From Pseudomonadota bacterium (GTDB taxonomy: Bacteria; Bdellovibrionota_G; JALEGL01; DATDPG01), in contig JAZDDX010000029.1 in NCBI GenBank assembly GCA_043809315.1, positions 47,250-111,249 on the forward strand: DNA of 64,000 nucleotides, written 5' to 3'. The position numbers and the translations under genes are program-made. A model generated the notes under the pieces. It had not been told where the DNA came from. It made no database searches and was given only the letters and a program-made list of their open reading frames with translations. Positions 31,163 to 40,237 of the stretch are shown piece by piece. Position 1 is the first letter of the stretch. The number at the start of each line of letters is the position of its first letter.

Positions 31163-32146
31163 TTGATCGTGATTGCCACTCCACGACGTGTTCAGAATTC
31201 CGTACGGGCCTTCATCAGCCGACGACTGAAACTCACGCGGGCCCTCAGCTATCCGGAGTATCTGTTCGTTGAACCGACCAACTTCTGCAATCTGAAGTGC
31301 CCCCTTTGTCCAACGGGTGCTGGATACCTCGGTCGGGTTCCGCGCGGTTACATGAATATCGAACATTACAGGAATTTGATCGACGAGCTGTCGCCCTATG
31401 CCCGGCGGATCGAACTCTGGGGATTCGGCGAACCGATGATGCACCCGGAGATCCACACGATGATCTCCTATGCTTCGACAAACGGGCTCCGCACAAAAAT
31501 CAGTACGAACGGCCAATTCTTTGAAACCCGGGAGGATGCGGAGCGGATCGTGGCATCCCGGCTTGACAAAATGAAGCTGTCCCTGGACGGACTTTCCCAG
31601 GAGACGTTGTCCGTCTATCGGAGAAACGCTTCGTTCGAGAAACTCATCCACGGAATCGAACTGATCAACGAAGCGAAACTACGGGCGAACTCGAAAACAC
31701 CGCGCCTAATCCTTCAGTTCATCGTCATGAAACACAACGAACATGAAGTGGATCGAGCCCCGGAGTTCGCTCGACGAATGAACATGACGTTGAAGATCAA
31801 ACCGGTCGGTCTCAGCTCCAGCGACGAGGCCGACGAATTCCTGCCCCAGAGTGATCGATACAGCCGATTCAGCTACAGCAAATCGAGAACCGCTCTGGAG
31901 CCCAAGTATTCGCAACCATCGGTCTGTCCGTATCCATGGAATTGGGCTCACCTGAACTGGGACGGAACGGTAGTCGCCTGCTGCAAGGATCCCCGCCGGC
32001 GTTACGTTTTCGGCAACGCGTTCGAAGAGGGGGGGTTTACGAAAGTCTGGAACTCGCCGCCCTACGTTCAATTCCGAAAACAGTATCTCGCCGACCGAAC
32101 CGCATTGGACCGCTGCCGAGACTGCGTTTTACCTCCCCATATTTGA
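31163..32146 (+). CDS. Radical SAM protein with SPASM/twitch domain
   Basis: CNLKCPLC; C-terminal CPYPW...VACC...GN...CRDC. Confidence 0.92.
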   Translation: MIVIATPRRVQNSVRAFISRRLKLTRALSYPEYLFVEPTNFCNLKCPLCPTGAGYLGRVPRGYMNIEHYRNLIDELSPYARRIELWGFGEPMMHPEIHTMISYASTNGLRTKISTNGQFFETREDAERIVASRLDKMKLSLDGLSQETLSVYRRNASFEKLIHGIELINEAKLRANSKTPRLILQFIVMKHNEHEVDRAPEFARRMNMTLKIKPVGLSSSDEADEFLPQSDRYSRFSYSKSRTALEPKYSQPSVCPYPWNWAHLNWDGTVVACCKDPRRRYVFGNAFEEGGFTKVWNSPPYVQFRKQYLADRTALDRCRDCVLPPHI

Positions 32147-33969
32147 TGACCGATCCGGGAGCACAGAATCGCCGGGACGTGCTCTTCTGCATTGTTCCGA
32201 GCATCACTCTCTGGCGAACCCACCCGTACATCGAGCCCTCTTATGCCCCTTCGTTGGTGGTCGGCGGACTAGAACGCCGCGGCTTCAACGTAAGATACGT
32301 CGACCTCAATCTCTTGATGAATTCGTGGCAGAGGGAAGCTCCCCAGCTTTCACGCGATACAACCGAGTTTCTCCATGACTGGCCGGAGACGCTTCTTACG
32401 ACCGAAAACTGCCCTTCCGACTTGGACGTCGTCCTGACACGGATGACGTCGTATCTGAGCGATGCACGGCCGAACTACCTCGCGTTTTCCATCGACCGGA
32501 TCACGACCATTTACGAGATCTTTCATGCACAGTTCGGTTTTGCGATTGCCCTTTCCCGCCGGCTGAGGGAGCTCCACCGCGTACCCGTGGTCTGGGGAGG
32601 CCAGATCGTCCGCCGAATCGGGTACGGAGCGATTCGATCGCATCTCCAGAAGACACCGGAGCCGTATGTCGATTTTCTCTTTTTCGGTGACGGAGCGCTT
32701 TCTCTGCCCCTTCTCCTCTCCGCTTTGGAAACCGACGATCGGACCTTCTCGGCTCTTCGTGCCCATTTGAATCGCACCCGGGAACCGGTGGTCTGGATCC
32801 CGTCGCCACGGACATGGGTAGACCTGGAGGAACCAACGTCTCATGAATCCCCCCCCGCGGAGGATCCGGCTTCCCGTTTTCAGGAGTTCGAACTACTCCA
32901 GATCCAACCGTCGTTTCGTGCGGCAAATCGCCAGCTGTATTTGACCTCCTTGGGGCGCCTGTTTCCCACTGTCCGGACCGGGGCCTGGGGCGAACAACCG
33001 ATCGCGCTTTACCCCTACAAGTTCATGTACGGCTGCAGCCACAAGTGCGCTTTCTGTAAGTCGGCGAATCAGTCGTTGGTGGTCCGGCCTGTTCGGGAGG
33101 TGGTCGACGACCTGCAACGATTGGTCGAAGAACAGGGGATCGACTGTTTCCGGTTCTTCAACGCCCAGATCAATTATTCGGCCCAGTACGTCCGGGAGTT
33201 CTGTCGCGAGATCATCCGACGGCGACTGAAGGTGTGCTTTTCCGACTCGGCCTCCCTTCGGAACCTCGATCAAGAACTCTGTTCACTCCTGCGGGAAGCG
33301 GGGTGTGTGAAGCTCTGGTTCGGCGTCGAATCCCCGGTCGAGAGGATCCTCGGTCTCATCCACAAGGAAATGGCGTCCGCCGATGCAAGATCCGCCTTGC
33401 GTACAGCCCACGATGCCGGCATTTGGGTCGGCGTCAATATCATTGTCGGTTTCCCTCACGAAACAGATTCCGAATTCGCGGAAGTGTGTCGTTTCGTGGA
33501 GGAGCAAAAGGAGATCGCGGACTGTTGGCAGTTCAGCGCGCTGGAGGTGCACAAGAACACGCCGATGGCAGATCGACCGGCCGATTACGGGATCGAACTC
33601 CATCACCCCTACACGCAGGCCGACCCTTTGTACGGCTACGCGTTCTCGGAGATCGGAGGACTCAATTGGAAGGAGCGGGAGCTTCGTGCGGTCGAACGAG
33701 AAGGTGTTTTGGGAAAACTCGTCAACCCGAAGGTCCACCGATTTCACCTGAACGACTACCTCGTTTTCGCGCTCTACCGCGAGTACGGCGACAAGAGCGT
33801 CGTCCGCAGGGAACTTACTCGCTACGTGAACGAGATCAAAGATCGCATCGGCCTGGGAACCGCCAGCCGGTGGCTCACACCTAAACGGGTGTTCGATGAG
33901 GATCTCCCCGATCTCATCCAGCGGACATTGAACTCCGAACGACCCCGGGAGAGCGGCAATGCCTCGTAA
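32146..33969 (+). CDS. B12-binding-type (class B-like) radical SAM protein, copy 1
   Basis: PSLVVGGL...VDLNL N-terminus; GCSHKCAFC; FGVES; IVGFPHET. Confidence 0.85.
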   Translation: MTDPGAQNRRDVLFCIVPSITLWRTHPYIEPSYAPSLVVGGLERRGFNVRYVDLNLLMNSWQREAPQLSRDTTEFLHDWPETLLTTENCPSDLDVVLTRMTSYLSDARPNYLAFSIDRITTIYEIFHAQFGFAIALSRRLRELHRVPVVWGGQIVRRIGYGAIRSHLQKTPEPYVDFLFFGDGALSLPLLLSALETDDRTFSALRAHLNRTREPVVWIPSPRTWVDLEEPTSHESPPAEDPASRFQEFELLQIQPSFRAANRQLYLTSLGRLFPTVRTGAWGEQPIALYPYKFMYGCSHKCAFCKSANQSLVVRPVREVVDDLQRLVEEQGIDCFRFFNAQINYSAQYVREFCREIIRRRLKVCFSDSASLRNLDQELCSLLREAGCVKLWFGVESPVERILGLIHKEMASADARSALRTAHDAGIWVGVNIIVGFPHETDSEFAEVCRFVEEQKEIADCWQFSALEVHKNTPMADRPADYGIELHHPYTQADPLYGYAFSEIGGLNWKERELRAVEREGVLGKLVNPKVHRFHLNDYLVFALYREYGDKSVVRRELTRYVNEIKDRIGLGTASRWLTPKRVFDEDLPDLIQRTLNSERPRESGNAS

Positions 33970-35137
33970 GGAGCCGAGAGTCTTGATGTACTGTCAGGCC
34001 TTGCTGGGAATCGGACACTTGGTCCGTTTCTTGAACATCGCACGGGCCCTTCCCGGAGAGGTTCTTCTTGTATACGGGGGAGAACCGGTGCCAGGACTTA
34101 CGGTCCCTTCGAACGCTCGGGTCTGGCAACAGGAACCGGTCCGATCGGATTTGTCCTTCCAACGAATCTACTCCGTAACGGATCCCGCCCGTTCTCTTCC
34201 CGAGCTCCAGGAGACCAGACGCGTTTGTCTGGAAGAGGCCTTCGTCACATTTCAACCCGACGCCTTCCTTCTCGACACATTTCCGTTCAGTCGGAACCGC
34301 TTTGCGCCGGAACTCACCCCCCTCCTCAAGAGGATTCGGAAAGGACTGACGAAACCCTGTGTCGTCGTCACGTCGGTTCGTGACACGCTGATCACAAGAC
34401 CGGACCAGGATCGATACGAAGATCGCGTCGTCGAGAAACTTCGAAAATATGTAGATTGTGTTCTCATCCATTCGGATCCGACCTGGCAGCGCTTCAACGA
34501 CACGGACACGTTCCATCGGACGGTTCCGGTTCCCCATCACTACACAGGATTCGTTGCGACCTCTTGCCTTACGAACGCAAACTCCGAGCGCCCCGCCGAT
34601 GACTGCCTTCGGATTGTCGTTCAGATCGGCGGCGGACGCGTGGGAAAAGAGATCATTCGGACGACCGCCTCGGCCGTGTCGCGAATCCGAAAACCGGCGC
34701 AGATACGAGCATTCCAGGGCGCGTTCCCTTCGGAGGACGGAAACGACTCCACCCAAATCGGTGGATCGCTTCAGATCGAACCTTTCGGTCCCGCCTACTA
34801 CCAGACGTTGGCTTCTGCGGATCTCCTCATCTCACAATGCGGATATAACTCGATGGTAGACGTTCTTGCGACCGGCATCGAGTGGATCACCATCCCTTTT
34901 GGGGTCAATGACGAACAGCCCCGGCGTGCTCTCCGGTTGATGGAACATGGCGTGGCCCGAGCGGTGCTTCCCGCTTTTCCGTCCCCGGACGAGCTGGCAG
35001 CCGGCATCAACGACTTATTGGTCGCTCCCAAGTCGGAGGGCCGCCGGAAATTCCCGTTCGACTTGAACGGCGCACATCGATCCGCCACACTTCTCTCGCA
35101 GCTGGCCTGCCGAGAACTCCCGGAGACCGTCGGATGA
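33959..35137 (+). CDS. GT-B glycosyltransferase (GT28/COG4671-like)
   Basis: YCQALLGIGHLVR, DTFPF, GGGRVG, ISQCGYNS. Confidence 0.85.
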   Translation: MPRKEPRVLMYCQALLGIGHLVRFLNIARALPGEVLLVYGGEPVPGLTVPSNARVWQQEPVRSDLSFQRIYSVTDPARSLPELQETRRVCLEEAFVTFQPDAFLLDTFPFSRNRFAPELTPLLKRIRKGLTKPCVVVTSVRDTLITRPDQDRYEDRVVEKLRKYVDCVLIHSDPTWQRFNDTDTFHRTVPVPHHYTGFVATSCLTNANSERPADDCLRIVVQIGGGRVGKEIIRTTASAVSRIRKPAQIRAFQGAFPSEDGNDSTQIGGSLQIEPFGPAYYQTLASADLLISQCGYNSMVDVLATGIEWITIPFGVNDEQPRRALRLMEHGVARAVLPAFPSPDELAAGINDLLVAPKSEGRRKFPFDLNGAHRSATLLSQLACRELPETVG

Positions 35138-36231
35138 CCCGCCTCCTTTTTCTCGTCGACGCCTTCCCGCCGATTCTCGGAGGGGTGGCAACTTCCTCCG
35201 CCCGCATCTGCAAGGAGCTTCAAGGCCGCGGATTCTCGATCACCGTCCTATCGCAGAAAGCATCGGAGGATGCCGCGGCGCTCGACGAAATCGACGGGCT
35301 CCAGGTGCGACGCTTTTCAACCGCTCATTATCCCTGTTCCAGCCGAAGTTTCGTGACGCTCGGCCTCCACCATCTTCTGGAGGACACGACCCCCTTTGAC
35401 GCCGTAATCAGTTTTCAAGCCACGGCCGCGGCCTCCCTCGGCAGCCTTTTCTCCCGGATTCGCTCGATTCCCCACGTGGTTTGCTGTCGGGGAAGCGACA
35501 TCAACCGAAAAAGCGTCGATGACCCGGAGGTTCGATTCCTGACACACTCTTCCCTGGTCCGCGCGGATCTCGTTTTTTCCGTTTCCCAGGAAATCGCTCA
35601 ACGCGTGATCGCTCTCGGAATCGCCCCGGATAAAGTGCTCGTCGTGCCAAACTCCGTCGATACGGATCTCTTCCATCCCTTGGACAGCTCGCCGGCGTAT
35701 GACTTCCTTCTCACCGGGCCCGCACGTGAATTCAAGGGGTTCGACACCGTTTTCGAGGCGGCTGTCGAGTTGAAGCGTCCGTGCAAGATCCTCGCGGTGC
35801 TCTACGATCACCCGTCGCACCCCGGTCACTTGCCCCGACTCCGCGAACTCGCCCGTCGGTGTCCGGATCACGTATCCACCGACTTCGTCCCGGCGGTACC
35901 TCACTCAGAAATGCCCGATATCTACTGTCGCGCCCGCTGCCTCATCCAGCCTTCACATTCCGAGGGGTGCTCGAACGTCGTATTGGAGGCTCTGGCTTGC
36001 GGGCGTGATGTCATCGTGCGGTCGATCCCATCGTTGACATCCATTCTCGACGACACACCGACCGGTTTTTCGACGACGGCCGACCTCGTCGTGCAAATGA
36101 ACCGACACCTCGATCGGCACTGGCGGGTGAACGACAGGAACCTCGGTCTGGTAAAGGCCCGCTTCAGCCGGGAGGTGGAATCCACCGCGTACGCTCAACC
36201 GATCGAAGCTCTGATCCGGAGATCCCGTTGA
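35134..36231 (+). CDS. GT4 glycosyltransferase
   Basis: FPPILGGV, RGSDI, PSHSEGCSNVVLEALACG. Confidence 0.9.
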   Translation: MTRLLFLVDAFPPILGGVATSSARICKELQGRGFSITVLSQKASEDAAALDEIDGLQVRRFSTAHYPCSSRSFVTLGLHHLLEDTTPFDAVISFQATAAASLGSLFSRIRSIPHVVCCRGSDINRKSVDDPEVRFLTHSSLVRADLVFSVSQEIAQRVIALGIAPDKVLVVPNSVDTDLFHPLDSSPAYDFLLTGPAREFKGFDTVFEAAVELKRPCKILAVLYDHPSHPGHLPRLRELARRCPDHVSTDFVPAVPHSEMPDIYCRARCLIQPSHSEGCSNVVLEALACGRDVIVRSIPSLTSILDDTPTGFSTTADLVVQMNRHLDRHWRVNDRNLGLVKARFSREVESTAYAQPIEALIRRSR

Positions 36232-37985
36232 AAGGTTCGAAAGTCACAGCCGGTTCGGTTCTGACAAGTCTCCGGAGCGGACTCGCAATCCTCCGAGCTT
36301 ATCCCCGGAAAGCCGCCGTTCTCGGCCTTCTCATTTGTTCCGGCGTGGCCGTCGGAGCCGCGATTCCCCAGATCAGCCGTTTCGTCATCAATGCGCTCCG
36401 CGCGAGAAACACCTTCTCTCCGCTTTGGTTCGTTGGGTTTGCACTCGTCTTTTTCGGTCTCCGCTGCACCTCCCGAGCGACCGAGTTTTTTCGTTCCCTG
36501 TTGGCTCTTCGTCTCGAGGACTTCGAGATCCGGAACCTTCGCAAGCTTCTCTATCACTCCCTTCTCCAATCCTCGGCGGCTACCCGGGGAATCTTTCGGT
36601 ACGGAGCCCTGGCGGACCGGATCTCTTCCGACCCCTCCGCCGCCTCGGGTGCGGTGGTTACCCCCTTGGTCGAGCTTTCGTTCATCTTCTTGACGCTATT
36701 TGCATCCCTGTCTTTCGGCGCTTTCATCGACCTTCGTCTTTGCCTTACGGGATTCGTGGGATCGATCGCCGCCATTCCTCTTGTCCTCTGGCGCTCCTCC
36801 AAGCACCAGGAGGAGGTTGCCCGCTGGAAAGAAGTGGAGTCGGACTATTCCGCCTTCCTGGTCGAAAGCCTGACGGGAGCCCGGGACATTCAGCAGCTCG
36901 ATCTCAGGTCGGAGCGCGAAGCGAAAAACGCTCAGTTTGTCTCTCGCCTGGAACAGGCCTCGTGGAGCAAGGCCACTCGCGTGGATTCGCTGGAAGAGCT
37001 GATGTATCTCGAGTTCGTGATCCTGGAGGGGATCATCTTCGCCTGGGGATGGGTTCGTGTATCCCGTGGGTTGCTTCCTCTGGGAGACCTCTTCGCGATC
37101 GGCGGATACTTCGAGGCGATGTTCTATCCGATGTTTTACTTGACCAAAAGACTGTCGTCCCTGCATCGAGCGACGGTCTCTTTACGTCGAATCGATTCAA
37201 CTGTGGCCAAACTCGTGGAGCCCGGTTCCGAAGAAGCCCGTGAACGCTCCGGCTTCCCCGATCGGACCAACACGTTGACCGTTCGACGTCTTTTCTTTTC
37301 CTACCCGAATTCGTTGGGAGAGCCGAAAATCGTTCTCTCCGGTGTCGATTTCCACGTCCGGGAAGGGGAACGGGTGGCTCTCGTCGGACCCAACGGCCAA
37401 GGGAAAACCACCGTGATCAATCTCCTCACTGGCCAGTACAGGCCGGATCAGGGGGAAATCTGGGTCCGTGGAAGGGAGATGGGCAAGCTCTCACTCTTCG
37501 ACCGGAAAAATGAATTCGGTATCGCCTCCCAGGATCCGCATCTCTTCTTCGGCACCGTCCGCTTCAATCTCGGGCTCGCCGACCACCCGCGCTCCAATGA
37601 CATCCTTCGCTTATTCCAATCCCTCGGCATCGACGAGATCTTCGGGCGTCTCCCCCACGGGATCGACACGGTCATCGATCCGTCGCAGCGCAAGATCTCC
37701 GGGGGCGAGCTGCGAACCATCGCTTTCGCTCGCAGCCTCGTGAACGGGGCTCCGATCCTCTTGTTGGATGAACCCACCCTCGGCCTGGATATCGATAATC
37801 ACGAACGAGTCGTCTCCGCCATTCGAAAAGCTTCGATCGGAAAGACGCTCTTTTGCGTCACGCATGATCCCGCGCTGATTGCAATCTGCGATCGTATCCT
37901 CGAGCTCGACGGCGGCATGGTCACGGAAATCACATCTCAAGAAATCGGGTCTAAAGGGAGGAAAGAACATGCGAATTATGCTTGA
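36228..37985 (+). CDS. ABC exporter (fused TMD+NBD, MsbA/PglK-like, no peptidase domain)
   Basis: TM helices; GPNGQGKTT, ISGGE, LLLDEPT. Confidence 0.9.
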   Translation: MKGSKVTAGSVLTSLRSGLAILRAYPRKAAVLGLLICSGVAVGAAIPQISRFVINALRARNTFSPLWFVGFALVFFGLRCTSRATEFFRSLLALRLEDFEIRNLRKLLYHSLLQSSAATRGIFRYGALADRISSDPSAASGAVVTPLVELSFIFLTLFASLSFGAFIDLRLCLTGFVGSIAAIPLVLWRSSKHQEEVARWKEVESDYSAFLVESLTGARDIQQLDLRSEREAKNAQFVSRLEQASWSKATRVDSLEELMYLEFVILEGIIFAWGWVRVSRGLLPLGDLFAIGGYFEAMFYPMFYLTKRLSSLHRATVSLRRIDSTVAKLVEPGSEEARERSGFPDRTNTLTVRRLFFSYPNSLGEPKIVLSGVDFHVREGERVALVGPNGQGKTTVINLLTGQYRPDQGEIWVRGREMGKLSLFDRKNEFGIASQDPHLFFGTVRFNLGLADHPRSNDILRLFQSLGIDEIFGRLPHGIDTVIDPSQRKISGGELRTIAFARSLVNGAPILLLDEPTLGLDIDNHERVVSAIRKASIGKTLFCVTHDPALIAICDRILELDGGMVTEITSQEIGSKGRKEHANYA

Positions 37986-38256
37986 GCTCACATCTGAAGA
38001 GAGTCAAAAAGTGCTGGCGACGATTCTCGTCGTCGCGAAAGAGAAGGCCGGGGTGCGCTTCGCCGACACCCTTGAAAACATAAGCCGAAAGGAGCTTCGT
38101 GAGATGTTCACGAAGGCCATCGCCAAAGCAGTGAGACATTTGAGTCGAGATTATTTCGAAGGGGAGATTCTGGGGTTGGTACAGGGGATTTTGAAAAACG
38201 GGGTCCACCGGCGCGGGCGCCCTGTAACCCGTTCCGGGAGTTGCAAACGTGTGTAA
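37969..38256 (+). CDS. 95-aa hypothetical protein
   Basis: Strong RBS agggagga, ATG at 37969; fills the gap in the operon. Confidence 0.6.
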   Translation: MRIMLELTSEESQKVLATILVVAKEKAGVRFADTLENISRKELREMFTKAIAKAVRHLSRDYFEGEILGLVQGILKNGVHRRGRPVTRSGSCKRV

Positions 38257-38272
38257 CGAAGGATCGTGACGA

Positions 38273-39094
38273 TTGATGAACTCTGCGCCGCTCGCCATTG
38301 TAACGGTCCACGTCGAGAGTCATCCGAAGTTTGATGACCCGTGCCTTGGGCAGACGGCGTTCCTCGAACTCCTCAAAAAGGAAGATTACCCTCCCATGTC
38401 GCTCCATTGGCTGCGGGAAAAGGACGATCCACGCGATTTCCGGGGGCTCTTGCGCGCGGTCGATCCGCGCCACGAGATCGGACTCCATTTCCATTCCATC
38501 ATGGATTATCCGGAACGTGGGGAAAGAATTCAACGGCTAAAGAAGGAAAAAAAACTCCTTGAAGACGCTCTCGGCCGTCCGGTCAACGTTTTTTCCTCGG
38601 GCCATTTTGGAATGACCCCGGATGCTCCGACTGATCTCCAATCGGTCGGGTTCGACGTCGATTATTCCGTGACTCCTGGCATGACGATGATTTCGTCCAA
38701 GTCTTCTCACTGCCGATATCGCCCTGGACTCCCCCCGGTTTTCTGGTGGCAGTCAGAGTCCGGGCACCGGATTCTTGAGGTGCCGGTCACCACCAACTCC
38801 ACCGACACGCTTTTAGATGCGGCGATGGTCTCCCTCCGGGAAACCCTACCGATGATTCGGAACTGCCTTGTCAACGGAAGGGTCCTACATCTCACGGCAC
38901 ACTCTTATCATTTCGTGAGACGGGATATGCGTCCGGGACATGGCGCCGTTCTTCATCGCAACCTCTTCTCTCTTCTCGCGGAGGCCGGATTTTCGTTCGT
39001 GACGGCACGAAATATTTTCGATCATCTCGATGCGGACTCCCTTCCGGTGCTCTCCTCAGATCGGGTGATCCAGGAGAATTCCAGAGATCGGTGA
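38273..39094 (+). CDS. Polysaccharide deacetylase-like (CE4/NodB-like) protein
   Basis: VTVHVES, HEIGLHFH, DYSVTPG, LEVPVT. Confidence 0.7.
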   Translation: MMNSAPLAIVTVHVESHPKFDDPCLGQTAFLELLKKEDYPPMSLHWLREKDDPRDFRGLLRAVDPRHEIGLHFHSIMDYPERGERIQRLKKEKKLLEDALGRPVNVFSSGHFGMTPDAPTDLQSVGFDVDYSVTPGMTMISSKSSHCRYRPGLPPVFWWQSESGHRILEVPVTTNSTDTLLDAAMVSLRETLPMIRNCLVNGRVLHLTAHSYHFVRRDMRPGHGAVLHRNLFSLLAEAGFSFVTARNIFDHLDADSLPVLSSDRVIQENSRDR

Positions 39095-39097
39095 CCC

Positions 39098-40237
39098 ATG
39101 TCTGAGAGGCAACCGGAGATCGCGTTCTTCACCTCAGACCTACGAGTCGGCGGCGCCAAACATTGCTTGATCAACCTGATCGAAAATCTTTCCGGTCGCG
39201 GGCTTCGAATCGACCTGGTGCTTCAGCGAGCCGAGGGCCCGCTCGTGGCGGCCGTTCCCGAATCGGTCCGGGTGCTGTCTCTTGGGACAACCTCCGCGAG
39301 TTCGGGTGTGGTTCGTCTCGCCGCCTACCTGGAGCGCTCCCGACCCGAGCATGTCGTATCGATGTTGATGGAGCCCAATCTGATCGCTCTCCGGGCCCGG
39401 GCGAAATCGGGCCGGTCCGTTTCCGTCTTCACCTGGGAACACGAGAACGTCGGTTTTTCCCTGTCGCATGAACCTTGGTATCGCCGCCATTGGATCCAGT
39501 GGTCGATTCGTCGTTCATATCCCGCCGCGGAACGGGTGTTAGCCGTAAGTCAGGGGGTAGCCGGAAATCTGCGGAAGATTCTCGGACCGGACTCGGGCAG
39601 AATTCATGTTCTTCCCGGCGCCCTCCTCCGCCCCGATTTGGTCGAACGGATGGCCGAAACGCCCGACCATCCTTGGTTCCGTGACGGAGGCCCGCCGATC
39701 GTCCTGGCGGTCGGCCGCCTGAATCACGTGAAAGGGTTTCCGGTTCTTTTGCGGGCTTTTGCCCTCGTTCGACGCTCCCAGAACGTCCGGCTGTTGATCC
39801 TCGGCGACGGACCCCGCCGTTCCCGGCTGGAACAACTGATTCGGCGACTGGATCTTTCCGAACACGTCGCCCTTCCCGGATTCGCGGCGAATCCGTTTAG
39901 TTACATGTCACGGGTCCGAATGCTCGTGCTTCCATCCTACTCCGAGGGTCTTCCGGGCGTCTTGATCGAGGCGTTGGCCTGCGGGTGTCCCGTGGTATCG
40001 ACGAATTGCGATTACGGTCCCAGGGAAATCCTTCAGGACGGCCTTTTCGGGGAACTCGTGCCGCCGGGCTCGCCTCGATCATTGGCGGCCGGGATTCTCA
40101 AGGCTCTCTCCGCTCCCGGGCGGAGGGTCGAACCCGACTTGCTCTCGCCGTATCGAGTGGATCGAGTTGCAGACCGGTTCCTCGAGCTGCTACGACCGGA
40201 ACGATCCGATGACGGAGGAAAGACTCATGGAAAATGA
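39098..40237 (+). CDS. GT4 glycosyltransferase (paralog of 29959)
   Basis: DLVL, VGRL..KGF, EGLPGVLIEALACGCPVVSTNC.GPRE. Confidence 0.93.
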   Translation: MSERQPEIAFFTSDLRVGGAKHCLINLIENLSGRGLRIDLVLQRAEGPLVAAVPESVRVLSLGTTSASSGVVRLAAYLERSRPEHVVSMLMEPNLIALRARAKSGRSVSVFTWEHENVGFSLSHEPWYRRHWIQWSIRRSYPAAERVLAVSQGVAGNLRKILGPDSGRIHVLPGALLRPDLVERMAETPDHPWFRDGGPPIVLAVGRLNHVKGFPVLLRAFALVRRSQNVRLLILGDGPRRSRLEQLIRRLDLSEHVALPGFAANPFSYMSRVRMLVLPSYSEGLPGVLIEALACGCPVVSTNCDYGPREILQDGLFGELVPPGSPRSLAAGILKALSAPGRRVEPDLLSPYRVDRVADRFLELLRPERSDDGGKTHGK

